Part shown: piece by piece, positions 38,150-50,272 of the stretch
How positions within the stretch are numbered: position 1 is the stretch's first letter
Layout: every line of letters begins with the position of its first letter
Assembly: GCA_951406725.2 (NCBI GenBank)
Contig: OX597817.1
Coordinates: 113,770,001-113,834,000, forward strand
Source of the DNA: Octopus vulgaris
Lineage: Eukaryota
Reading direction: 5' to 3'
DNA length: 64,000 nucleotides
The notes under the pieces: generated by a model
The model's database searches: none
What the model was told of the DNA's origin: nothing
What the model saw: the letters and a program-made list of their open reading frames with translations, nothing else
Position numbers and translations under genes: made by a program

Positions 38150-40295
38150 CAGAGCTTCCCACAGTGGGTGATATTGCCCACCAGTGGGCAATGGGTGAAT
38201 TTCTAGAAAATGGTGGGCGATATGAACATTATGTGGGTGATAATGAATTTTTAGAAATTAAGTCTGCATTTACTGATATCTAGGCATGCCTAGAATAAGG
38301 ATGCGCTTTTATCAATTTGACTACTTGCACGAGACGTCCCTTTCTATTAAAAAAGCAGACTTGTTTATCAATTGAATATTTTTGTTGCAATCATTGAGCT
38401 GGTTGCCATGCATGCGAAAAATAGCAGCCTAGGCCTTAAATCACACTCCACTACAATTTTTTTTTCTCTGGCATAATTGTACAAAGTCACGCATGTAGAT
38501 TTCAGATTCATAAAAATTTTCCAAAAACTCAAAAAAATTTAAAATGTTATGAGGGGCTATATGTCATGTGTAATTCTGTGGTTTCATATCAAAACACAAT
38601 TGCTATTTTCAGGATGTCGACAAAATGTGCAGTCACGCACAAAATGACAGCTTTGAAATCGTGTTTCTTGACTGGGTGAAGATGACCAAACTTCTATAAC
38701 TTTTTAAAAATATTTTTCTGGAAAAAGTTGAATAACTCCAGCAATTTAGCTTTAATAAACTTTAATTTTTGAAATGCTGGCAGCCAAATGAACTAGATTT
38801 ATATTTGCTCCATTAAAGACATGTCATCTGACTCTACTCTATTAACTTCTCTTTGAGAATACCATATTGCCTTTCTGACGCCATCCATAAAAATTCATTT
38901 TCACTTTACTGATGCCTCCAGTCAAGAAAATTTGTCGACAGTACAATGGTGATTATTTATCGTTTGGATTTATTCCCTCTCCTCAGTTACCAATGTGCCT
39001 TGTTTGCCATCAAACATTGACCAACGAAGCAATGAAACCACGCTTGAAGTATCCCTTTGATGCAAAGCATTCTGACAAGAAGGACAAGTCATTATCATAC
39101 TTTTTGCAATTGACTTCCACTTTCAAAAGAAAATACAAACATTCAACACACTACTCCAGTAAACTAGTAAACAGGAGAATGACAGGTTGATTGCATTGTA
39201 CAACATTGCACTGCTTGTTGCTAAGTCTGGAAAGTCCCACACAATTGGAGAAACATTACTTCACCCAGTTATTGAAGAGGTTTTGTCAACCATTATGCAC
39301 GAAAAACCTGATACCATTATGAAGAAGATCCCACTTAGTAATAACAAAATTTCTCGAAGCATCGATGAAATGGCCAACGATGTCAGACATCAGCTCATTA
39401 ATATTCTCCACTGTTCTGAATTTTCTATATAAGTGGATGAGTCAACTGTTGTGGACAATCAATGTTTGATGATGGTATATGTTCAGTATTTCAGCAAAGA
39501 CCTTCAACCTTTTCACAGAGAAACTGCTGCTTGATTCAAGAGGTGCAACTATTTTTCACACTCTCAAGTCTTTCCTTTTTGAACATAATATCCCACTCAG
39601 TAATATTCTTGCCTGTGTATCTGATGGAGCCTTTTTCCTACCAGATACTAACTGTTCATTGCATGGCACACCAGCAGCATTTAGTAGCAAAAAATATGAA
39701 CAGTAGGTCAAATGATACACTACAGTTAGTAATCAAGACTGTGAACAAATTGAAGTCCAGTCTGATTGTCTGATTAAATTTTCCGTCAACTCTGTCTGAG
39801 AAATGATGCAGACCATACTAAACTCTTATACCATACCAAAGTGTGGTGGCTGTCAAAAGGAAACTGTGTTTTATGATTTGTTGAACTGTTTCATATAATC
39901 ATATATTTATTTGAAGATACACCACTATCCGCTTCACTGGTGTCTGCAAAGTGCGATATCTTTTTTTTTTGTGATATATTCACAAAATTAAATGACTTGA
40001 ATAAGTTATGGCAAGGAAACAAAAAAACTCTCATTGATTGTAAATCATTTATCACTATCTTCATTTCCATCAATTTCCACAACTTGATTCTTTGAAAGAT
40101 GAATTAGTTGATGAGGATTTAACTACATATTGCAACTATTTATAATCATTGCACAATAACATGGTGGAGCGATTTGATGATGTTGTTGCGCTGAATATTC
40201 CAAATTGGTATAGCAGTCCATTTGAGGTCGATGCAGTCGATTGCAAGGATGACGTTCAGGAGGGATTGATAGAATTACAAAATGACAACTCCAAC
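38150..40295 (+). mobile_element. hAT (Buster/Charlie, ZBED8/SCAND3-like) DNA transposon, decayed and 3'-truncated
   Basis: Left TIR-like cagagcttcccacagtggg with subterminal gtgggygatat repeats, followed by the transposase relic. Confidence 0.8.
38912..40295 (+). pseudogene. hAT/Buster transposase pseudogene
   Basis: RQYNGDYLSFGF..PMCLVC..LTNEAMKP (BED finger); AKSGKSHTIGETL; IPLSNN; FSI*VDEST (first catalytic D); SDGA; HCMAHQQHL (CxxH); HTKVWWLSKG. Several frameshifts and stops. Confidence 0.9.
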
Positions 40296-40337
40296 CAGTA
40301 CTGGTTTCAGCCGGGTTGGTAACAAAAGGGTTAAGTA

Positions 40338-40725
40338 AGCTTGGTTTTGAATGAGTTCTGGGTTCAGTCCCACTGTATGGCACTTTGGCAAGTGTCTTCT
40401 ACTATAGCCCCAGACAAACCAAAATTTTGTGAGTGGATTTGGTAAACAAAATCTTTAAAAAAGCCATCATGTGTGTGTGGGTGTAGGTGTGTGTGCACGC
40501 ACATATGCTTTCATGCTTGTGTTTGAACCCCACCTCCACTGTTTGACAAACGGTGGTGGTTTGTTTACAACCCTGCAACTTAGCAGTTCAGTAAAAAGAA
40601 ACCTGAAGAATAAGTAGCAGGTTTGAAAAAAAAGTACTGGAGTTGATTTCTTTGACTAAACCCCTGAAAGCAATAACCCGTTATAGCTGTAGTCCAATGA
40701 CTGAAACAAGTAAACGATAAAAGAT
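40338..40725 (+). mobile_element. SINE family B, near full length
   Basis: gttctgggttcagtcccactgtatggcactttggcaagtgtcttctactatagcc...gtccaatgactgaaacaagtaaacgataaaag. Confidence 0.85.
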
Positions 40726-41788
40726 GCCAGAACTATATTATTGTAGTGTAGTTAGTATTAACATATTTAATTCAGGGAAGGAATACAAAAAAAAAAAAAA
40801 AAAGAGAGAGAGAGAGAGAGAGAAAAAAGAGAATAAAAGAAAATTAATTAGAAAATAAAAATTACATATAATGGTTTGAATCATATATGAGTTAAAGCAA
40901 TCTGTACACACACACACAAACTTCCCAATTAGAGAGTTTTGCTTAGTCATCTCAACAGAAAAAAACTAATTCCAGAAATGCTATATCATTCTCTCTCTTT
41001 CTTTCCCCACTCTCACAGACTCTATTGGTGAACACTGTTCCCACAGTATACTAAAACTGTTTAATAAGCAGCGGACCACTTACTAAATTTAAGCTGGTAC
41101 ATACTTTAACAGTTTAACAACCAATTGAATAAATAAATAAATAAATGCAATAAATAAAAATCAAAATCAAAGGAAATAAAGCATCATAAGATTTCTCCTT
41201 ATCAAAACAGCTGTTTCTTTTCTTTTTTTAATTGTTTTTTTTTTCTTCAAATATTTAAGAAGGTGGTGCTCATGACCTATTACAGGGCTTCCAAGACTGG
41301 TGGGAGAGGAGGTAGAAAGGTATTCCCAAACCAGAAACATGGCTCAAAAGTGTACAACAAAGTGGACTCTACTAAACGTACACAGAATTGCTCGGTGATG
41401 ATGTTAAACAAGTCAACAGATGAAGTTTACCATCCAAGTAGGCCATGATGGGATTTGAACTCAGAATGTAAAGAGCCAGAACAAATACTACAAGGTATCC
41501 GGCTTCATTTTCTAACAGTTTCAGCAATCTGCTGCTTTAGATTGGCATTTTATTATGACCCTAAAAGATTGAGAGGCAAAGTTGACATAGGTGGAATAAA
41601 TATCACTAAACTGCTCTAATGACTCTGAAGGTGATAGATATACAGAGATAGGAACAAAACATATAGTTCTATTTTCAGATCTAGTAGAAATTAAAATTAA
41701 TCTATCAAACTAATTCAATGTTGCTGAGATTCTTTGTTTTTTAAAGAAACTGAAGAATCAGTAATTTAAGCAGTCTTTATATAATGTA

Positions 41789-42137
41789 CTAGCACTATGA
41801 CCCGCTAGTGCATGCATATATAGCTGCGTGCGTGTGCACATACATGCGAGTACTGTCCAAATCACCGACCAATCACATAAAGCTAGCTGGCATTCAATTG
41901 GCATATCAAGTTTCGGGCATTTTGATTGGGTTTTGGATAGAAAATTCACAAAAAAGTCACTTCTATTGATTTTTTAATAGCTTTGCGGGGTGACTGGGGA
42001 AATGTAAAGATGTGCACGACCACTCTTGGATGGTTTTGAATGACCATAAAAAGTGCAAACCCTCTAACTGAAAAATTGTGGATTTGTATAAAGGACACAC
42101 ACATAGACAGACATTTTGCCGTTTATATATATAGAGA
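41789..42137 (-). mobile_element. Complete non-autonomous Helitron
   Basis: Minus strand reads A|TCTCTATATATATAAAC...cgggtcatagtgCTAG|T: TC and CTAG ends inserted between A and T, with no TSD. Confidence 0.8.
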
Positions 42138-45108
42138 TGTGTGTACACATGCATAAATGAGGGTCAACTGGTCCTCAGATGAATAATCAACAAAACATGA
42201 AATATGTCAGGACAATCTCTTTTATTATATTTTCAGTGTGCAAAGAGAATAACAAAATGTATTTACATCTGTTTAAAGTTTCACAGTGAAGGCTTAAAAA
42301 CTTTAGTTTCAACTATTTAAAATTTATCCTAGGTTTCCTAATAACATGCTGTCTTATGCATAAATACTTATTATTTAATCATACAGATGATAGGTGCACA
42401 GTATGCAAATTAATCTAGCTGTTACAGGTAAGTTGTGATTTGTGTTTGATCAAAATATAGTGATTGCTATACGTTCCCTTTGTAGTTAGAAGGTTGTGTA
42501 TTGGAGGAGTACTTTATTCCATGTTTTTGTCCATCAAACCTTTGAATGAGAGACTGTTTATAGGAGACATAAACATTGCCACTGCCCAAGCAGAACCAAT
42601 GTGAAGACACATATAGAGACAAACATGCAAAGTCAATATGGATATGCTAAGTCAATATCCAATCACTGAAATTTTAAAACTCCAATACAACACATAATCT
42701 ATATAATATAGGAGTCACACACAGAGTTTGAACTCCTAATCTTTGTCTAGATAAATAGACTAGCAAGTTAATTTCTCAGTCACTACTCCTGTTCTTGAAT
42801 GAACCAAAATAGTTTAAGTATGCCTCAGATACTATAAAAATAGAATTAAAATGCTGCATTTTGAGTTGTTCTGCTTAATACATTTACTTAACATTTGGAA
42901 TCCTGTTTTCAAAGAAAATATTACTGCTTTATATGAGCAAGCTTTCTTTCAATATAGAAATCACATTTATGTGTGGTAAAAATGAGGAGCTAGCACCAAA
43001 CTGAGAAATCAATAATATTCTACACCTAAATAATATAGTTATTTTACTGAAGCATTAAATAAGAGGGAAAGTAGATAGGAGAGGGAATGTCGCATGTGTG
43101 TGTGTGTGTGTGTGTATGTGTACACATATGTGAGTATGCATGTATTCATATGTGTGGTGTGATGTTTATGAGGAAGGTGAAGTATTTGCTTGGTGTACTT
43201 GTGCATGCATGTGACATGGGTTGAGTGTGTGTACATATCAAGAGAAGGAGAGAGAGATTGGGGTGAATGGAAATACTATAAGTATGACTTGTGTGTGTGT
43301 GTGCACGTGTGCTATTGTGTCTTCAATATAGAAATACAGACACAGGCATTGATTTCTTACAACAGCAGCTCCAATGAGCTTACGGTGGCCATTCAGCTGC
43401 TCAGGTGAACAGGAGGTCAACCACAGCAATCCAGCAATAACAGCCTCTGTAAATCACTCAGGCTTTATATTAATTACAATACATTCAAAGTACTTAATCA
43501 TATCAGTAGTGAATTAGCTATATTATTGTTATCAGTATTATTGTTGATTCTCTCATTCTTGCATGCACATGGCGGTGTATAATGACTTATTTATTAGAGC
43601 TTCATTATAAGAGATTGACATAATTGTACTTGATTCTACAGCTAAGAAGATAAAAACAATCTATTAATAATCAGTATAAACTGAAAGGCAAATTGGATTT
43701 ATATGACTTAATTCTAAAACAGATAGAAAGTCAGTGCGAAAATTCATAAGAATATATCAGTTACTGTTGTTGTTTAGTCCCAAGTCAATGTGATTTAGTG
43801 GACCTATGATCAAAGGTGAAAGCCTAGCAATGTGGGAGCACAGGAGTGGCTGTCTTCTTATATTCATTTCACAATCCTGTAGTTTGTACTTTGACCTATT
43901 ACGAAGTACCACCTACTAAAGCTTTGTGAATAGAATTGCTTACATGGAAACCATTCAGAAGCCAGCTGAGTGTGTAAGTGTGTATGTGTGAGGGTGGATA
44001 GACAGAGACAAAGATAAATAAAAGCAATATAAGAGAATTGGAATACAGAATCTAACATATCATTTATAGCGGTAAAGATATATACTCATATAGTAAATAC
44101 TTCGAATGAATGTGCAAACAAATGAACACAGACATTTAAATGTGCATGTTGAAACATGCATACAGGCATCATACCAGTACAAATTTAGCAACTGATATGG
44201 ACATACATCCAATAATTAAACAGAAAGAGAAATGAATAACTTGGCATTATTTTAACAAGCAACAACAGAATGTGAATGTGAAGTCAATACCTGAAGAGCT
44301 ATGGAAGGGTGAAACTATTAGTAGTAATGTTTTTGAAAGAGTATCCAGCTCTGTGTGTGTTTGTGTGTGCATCTTTTGTCAATTTATGTCAATAGAGAAT
44401 GCAAACAACATTAGGTAGAAATTTTAAAAATCAGTAGAAATTTATTAATGTATTTATTTCACACCAAGTTGTAGAGACTACCCTATCACTCTATCTATAA
44501 GAGATGCTGTGATGTAGTAATTGTCTCAGCAGGTATGTAACCAATGATGCTATTGTTTGCCAAATGCAATATAAAATATATAAATACAAAGGCGTTCAAT
44601 CAATGTGCTCCCATCTGTCTATGACAACTTTATTCAATGCATCCTTTACTTTTTAAAATAGTAAGTTTTGATTTGAAAGAGATTCAGGCTTCAGTGTTGT
44701 TTGCTAATTGATGAGGCATCAAATAGCCATGGAAGAAATGAAGAGAAACTTTGTAGCAGAATGCCTGCAATGGTGGAATTGAAAGAAAATTAAGAAAAAT
44801 ATTAATCATAATAAACAGAAAATTCTCCTAACAACACACACACACATACTGTTAGACTGTGCTTTGTATGCATGACAAATAATGAATTACAGAAGAGCTC
44901 AGTCAGTATAATGCACTGAACTCCATAATCTACACGTGTAGATGCTAAGTAATGTACATGGCTTCTATCCATTGTGATAAAGCCTATAGTATTTTTGTAG
45001 AAAAGGTGCATACATACACTGTATAAGTGCAGTGATATATGCATTACTGAAGCATACTTGAGAACTGACATATTGAAATAATAGCAATATATTTCCATGC
45101 CATTCTTC

Positions 45109-45111
<3 letters not shown>

Positions 45112-45154
<43 letters not shown>

Positions 45155-45193
45155 AGCGATAATAATTAATGTTATTTTATCGCAATTTGACTT

Positions 45194-45243
<50 letters not shown>
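45112..45243. repeat. Two (TA)n microsatellites
   Basis: 45112-45152 and 45197-45243. Confidence 0.95.
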
Positions 45244-45253
<10 letters not shown>

Positions 45254-45408
45254 AAAAAATGGTGGGGCTTCGCCTTGTTACAACTCTGAGTTTCTTGTTA
45301 CTAAGATCTTAGTCTTGAATAAAAGAATAGAACTATATTACATATCATGGCTAAATTTTTCTCTTGTTTCTATAAGAAATGTGTGCATTATAAACATAAA
45401 AACACACA

Positions 45409-45568
45409 CGATGGGCTTCTTTCAGTTTCTGTTTACCAAATCCAGTCACAAGGCTTTAGTCAGCCCAAACCAACAGAAGACACTTACTCAAGGTGCTGCA
45501 CAGTGAGACTGAACCCAAAACCCCATGGATTAGGAAGCAGATTTCTTAACCACAAAGCCACACCTGCA
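45409..45568 (-). mobile_element. SINE family B, 5' half
   Basis: cgatgggcttctttcagtttctg...gaagacacttactcaaggtgctgcacagtgagactgaaccc...cttaaccacaaagccacacctgc. Confidence 0.85.
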
Positions 45569-45605
45569 GCTTATATATATATATATACGTACGTATGTAT
45601 GTATA

Positions 45606-45992
45606 CAGGAGTGGCCGCATGGTTAAGAAGCTTGCTTACCAACCATGTGGTTCCGGGTTTAGTCCTACTGTGTGGCACCTTGGGCAAGTGTCTTCTACTA
45701 TAGCCTCAGGCCAACCATAGCCTTCTGAGTGGATTTGGTAGATGGAAACTAAAAGAAGCCTGTCGTATATATATATAAATGTATGTATATGCTTGTGTGT
45801 CTGTGTTTGTACCCACACCATCACTTGACAACTGATGTTGGTGTGTTTATGTCCCCATAAATTAGCAGCTCAGCAAAACTGACTAATAGAATAAGTACTA
45901 GGGTTACAAAGAATAAGTCTTGGGGGTTGATTTGTTTGACTAAAGGCAGTGCTCCAGCATGACCATAGTCAAATGACTGAAACAAATAAAAG
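45606..45992 (+). mobile_element. SINE family B, full length
   Basis: caggagtggccgcatggttaagaagcttgc...caccttgggcaagtgtcttctactatagcc...ccagcatgaccatagtcaaatgactgaaacaaataaaag. Confidence 0.9.
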
Positions 45993-46322
45993 ACTATATA
46001 TATATGATGTATACAATGCTACAAAAAGAACAGATCTCACTATGGGTGTTGAGGCATGCATCTGTTACTGTGCAACTGGTTACCCAAAATAGCTTTTGAA
46101 GTAATTTACCAAAGTACACAATAAGGTAGACAATTTAGTCTCCTTTCCATGAGGATCACAGACAATTTAGCAGTTATTTTATCCACCATTGCATCTAACA
46201 TTGTTTCAGCACCACACTGAAAGTATTCTATAATTTAGAACACTGACAGAATATGAACAGTGATTAGCTGTAATGTAAATGGTTAATATTTGTGTGTGTA
46301 TGTGCATGTGTGTGTATGTGCA

Positions 46323-46358
<36 letters not shown>

Positions 46359-46659
46359 GTTGGAGGAATGGCTACATGTTTAAGAAGCTTGCTTTGCAGT
46401 CATGTGCTTTTGTCTTCAGTTTTACTGCATGGCACCAAGAGTAGATATCTGCTACTTAGCTTAATGTCTTGTTAGTGAATTTGATAGACAGAAACTAAGT
46501 AAGCTTGTTATATAGACTTCTAGAATAAAAATAAAATACCATATTTGAAGAACAGATAAGGGTTGGTAACAAGAAAAGCATCCAATTTCTTCCCATTCAA
46601 CCCGTGCTAGCTTAGAAAAATGACCAAATAATATATATATGTGTGACTGTATGGCAAAG

Positions 46660-47200
46660 TTGCTGAGTTCCTCATGTTGGGCCTCATGGAGGCAAGGTGG
46701 CTGAGTTTCTTTCGAGTGGGCCTCACTGAGGTAAGGTGGCTCAGTTCCTTTCAAGCATTGAGCCTCATGAATGCAAATTGGCCTAGCTCCTGGGCCACAT
46801 GGAGGTGAGGTAGCTGAGTTCCTTTCGAACGGGCCTCACGGAAGCATGATGGCTGAGTTCCTTTCGAGTAGTGGGCCTCATGGAGGCAAAGTAGCCAAGC
46901 ACCTTTCAAGTGTTGGGCCTTAAGGAGGCAATGACCAAGACCTTTGGCATTATGTTGTGCTTGAGAAGAAGACCCATCATGTCGAGCAAAATCGCAGTCA
47001 TGACAGATACCAGTGTCATGCAAATGGCATGTAAAAGCACCCATTACAATCTCAGAGTGGTTGGCGCTAGGAAGGGCATCCAGCCGAAGAAAACCATGCC
47101 AAATCAGACTGGATCCTGGCACAGCCTTCCAGCATGCCAACCCAGTCAAATCATCCAACCCATGTCAGTATGGACAACGGATGCTAAATAAAGATGATAT
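46660..47200 (+). mobile_element. Long SINE family C copy with a 5' minisatellite (~35-40-bp units ggcctcaYggaggcaaggtggctgagttcctttcgag)
   Basis: About seven tandem units at 46660-46930, then ..taaaagcacccattac..gtggttggcgctaggaagggcatccagcc..ccaacccatg.. Confidence 0.75.
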
Positions 47201-47257
47201 CTATCTATCTGTCTATCTATATAAATATATACACACCCACAAACACACACATCATAC

Positions 47258-48660
47258 GAAGGTACTATGAATAAAAAGAGTAACCTGAGAATATTATGTC
47301 AGACTTAGAAAAATATGGCAGTTGGAAGTTTTCTCTAACAACAAGACAATATCCCACAATGCATTTGCTATACCAGTGCTGATTCCAACATTTGGGGTAC
47401 TCGACTGGCCTGTAGAAGAAATCCACTCCATAGATGTTAAAACCTGCAAAATACTGACATCAACTGAAAATTTCCACAAAAATAGTGACATTGACAGGAG
47501 AGATAAAAGAGGTAGAGGCCTGAGATCAGTGCAGACAACCTTCCAGTGTCATATAGTCTCTCTCAGACAGCACCTGTTAAACAACAGCAAAAATAAATGC
47601 ATTAACTTAATGCTGAAAAGTAATGAGAACAATGTCAGCACTGAGCTCCTCAAGAAGTACTCTCTTCCTGATCTTCCTGATGACCTCCCATACGGCCCCA
47701 AAATAACTGGACTGACATACCTCAAAGAAGACCTGAATGTGAAATGCTCAGCATACCAAAAAAAGACCATGCATGGATATGTTTCACAAAGACTTAAAGA
47801 AGACAGTAATATTGACATGAAGCGAAATCTCTCTTGGACTTGTGACCGTTACATCATATCACACTTCAAAGGCTATGCATCTGCAATCCAAGAACTGGAG
47901 ATTGCTGCTAAATACCTAATAAACAAAAGAAAGTGAAACCCTTGGAATTCCAAGAGACAACCACAAATGTAGATTATGTCATATTTTTGTAGAAGACATC
48001 ATACATGTGATTAGCAACTGCCCAAAAATGTCCTCACGGTACTACCTCCCTACACAACACTGTCGCAAAAACAATATACAATGCCATTCAGAAAAAAGAC
48101 TGTCCTGGAAAAAATACAGAGGAACCCCTGTTATTGAATATGTACACAAACATCAACACAAGAAATACTGGTGGGACATTCCCATCACATTTGTCAAATA
48201 TAAGCATAATAGACCAGATATTGTTTGGGGCAGACAACGAAAAGTGTATACCATCATAGGAGTTAGCTGTCCTGCTTGAGGTGAATATCTCTTTGAAGAT
48301 CAAAGAGGAGGGTAACTATGGACAACTGTTTTGAAACAGTTCCTATATACAGATTACAGCTCCTACATATAGAGTACAAATTTACATTTACACCAATAAA
48401 TAATTGGTGCACTTAGTTTTGTGAGTAAATGCATAAGAGACAGTCTGGATAAGCTTGGATTTTCAGAAAAAGAAATCAACCAGCTTGCACATTACAAATA
48501 TATAAGTGAAACAGTAAAAGTATGCAAGATTGTTCTCAAGCTTAAAATGTGGCATTGTTTCTGCTTTCTACGTTCTAATGATGGAGCTTTGTATCTTTGT
48601 AGAAACAAGCTACTTCTTCAGAGGAAGAATTTAAATACTTAAAAACAAAAGAAAATGAAC
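47258..48660 (+). mobile_element. 5'-truncated R4/Dong-clade non-LTR retrotransposon (RT thumb, CCHC, restriction-like endonuclease)
   Basis: NKTISHNAFAIPVL..FGVLDW..DVKTCKIL..HKNSDIDR..GRGL; MHGY; AIQE; CRLCHIFVEDIIHVISNC (47968-48021); WWD..NRPDIV..IIGVSCP; PI*IIGAL. Stops and frameshifts are present. Confidence 0.85.
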
Positions 48661-49329
48661 GACTGAATAAACAAATGTATATTCATATATGTTTCTGGTA
48701 TCATTGATTTTTATTGCGTAGTTAATAATTGTTCGAGTGTTAAGCTGTTAGGCTTATATGTTTGATATTTATATATTAATCCTGTAAACTGAGGCACAAG
48801 GCCAACTTTTGAAGAAAATAGGAGTGGGGGAAGTAAGGATATAGAAAATATAGCTGATATTGGAGAGAACAAATACAATACTCAATTCTCCTATCAAAAG
48901 CATGGTACTCTAAACTGGTGTACTATTCTTTGTAGAAACTCTTTAGTCCCTAAGTATTTGTCTATACAACAACAGAGGAAAATATCTAGTAAAATAACTG
49001 AGCAGTTCTAGAATTATAAGTAATTAGGCTCTGATCTGTCGATTTATTTTTTACCTAAGTACAGTGCTTAATCTTCAACTAATTCTCATATTTCCATGCA
49101 TGCATGGGTCAGGCAAGAATTTGCTGAGGCAGATTTTCTACATCTGGATGTCCTTGTGTTGCCACCCTTCACCTTTTTCTGACTGAGGTAATATTTCCCC
49201 ATAGCTAAGACATATCTTCCATGGTAGACTGGAAATGAACAACTTTGCTTGTATCATGATAATGTGCATTTATGAACATCATCTGATGACTAGATGAGGG
49301 TACACACACACACAATCACATACACACAA

Positions 49330-49490
49330 GGGTCTTCTTTCAGTTTCTGTCAGCCAAATCCACTCATAAGGCCTTGGTTGGCTTGTGGCTCCAGTAGAAG
49401 ACATTGCAGGTGTCACAAAATGAGACCGGACCCAGTGCAACATAGTTGCTAAATAAGCTTCTTAACCACACAGCCGTACCTACACCTATA
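49330..49490 (-). mobile_element. SINE family B, 5' half
   Basis: gggtcttctttcagtttctg..ccaaatccactcataaggcc...agcttcttaaccacacagcc. Confidence 0.75.
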
Positions 49491-49989
49491 TCTAAAACTA
49501 TAGAATGCAGTGTGTGTATGCTTCCTTCTTTTGTAAGATAGGTTATCTCTTGAAATTTGGTTGCTATTTCTAGCAGTCAAAGAGGCTTCCTTGTTGAACT
49601 TCTGTGAAATGGGAGGATGTAATATTGTTAATAATATTTGGATTTTTTTTGTCCTTTATTTATCATGAAAGAATGTGGCTAGTGGTTAAGGTGTTGTACT
49701 CATGATTGCCAGATTATGCGTTTAATTCCTGGACCAGGTGGTGCGTTATGATTTCAAGCAAAATACTTCATTTCACACTGCTCTAGTGCTGTGTGGGGAC
49801 CAGCATGTCAAAGATATATAAATCTAGTGTTTCCTCTACATGTCTTAAAAGGCAACTAAAACAGGTTGAAGTACAATTTGCATTCCAGCCTTATAAAACC
49901 CTCACCAGTAATGACTACCAAAAACAGCCCCATAGGTTGGAGGGCTGTAGCCTGAGTGGTGCAAAGGTGTCATCACATTTTTTATAACA

Positions 49990-50272
49990 GGTTTCATGCT
50001 TGGAAAATCAATTCAACTTTTTCATGACCATATTTTTGACAAAATGCGATGCCTGTGTTTTGGTTAATGTTTTAAATTATCAAGAATTTGGGAAGATTTA
50101 GTGAAATTTAAACTGTGAGAAATCCATCCGAACTGGTATATTTAGTTTATTTCTGGAAGAGTTCTAACATAAAATTATGATGGAAAGGTTTCAATTCAAA
50201 TACAAAGGCATTAAAAGAGGTGGTTTTGTATATGAACCATAGGTGGCCAGGGGCAGATTGGTGTCAAAAGGG
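49990..50272. mobile_element. piggyBac-like MITE fragment (terminus ..ttggtgtcaaaaggg)
   Basis: The same terminus appears as ttggtaacaaaaggg|TTAA at 40316-40334 and, inverted, as TTAA|ccttttaataccaa at 59813-59830. Confidence 0.5.

Noticed and set aside
45606-45690. tRNA gene (A/B-box-like sequence)
   Set aside because: It is the tRNA-derived head of a SINE; I see no complete cloverleaf and it continues into the SINE body.
46660-46930. CRISPR-like spaced repeats (also 2261-2406)
   Set aside because: Eukaryotic context, the inter-repeat segments resemble each other, and there are no cas genes; these are SINE-internal tandem repeats.
47322-47936. 204-aa ORF as a host gene
   Set aside because: Fragment of an R4-clade retrotransposon ORF with flanking stops and frameshifts.
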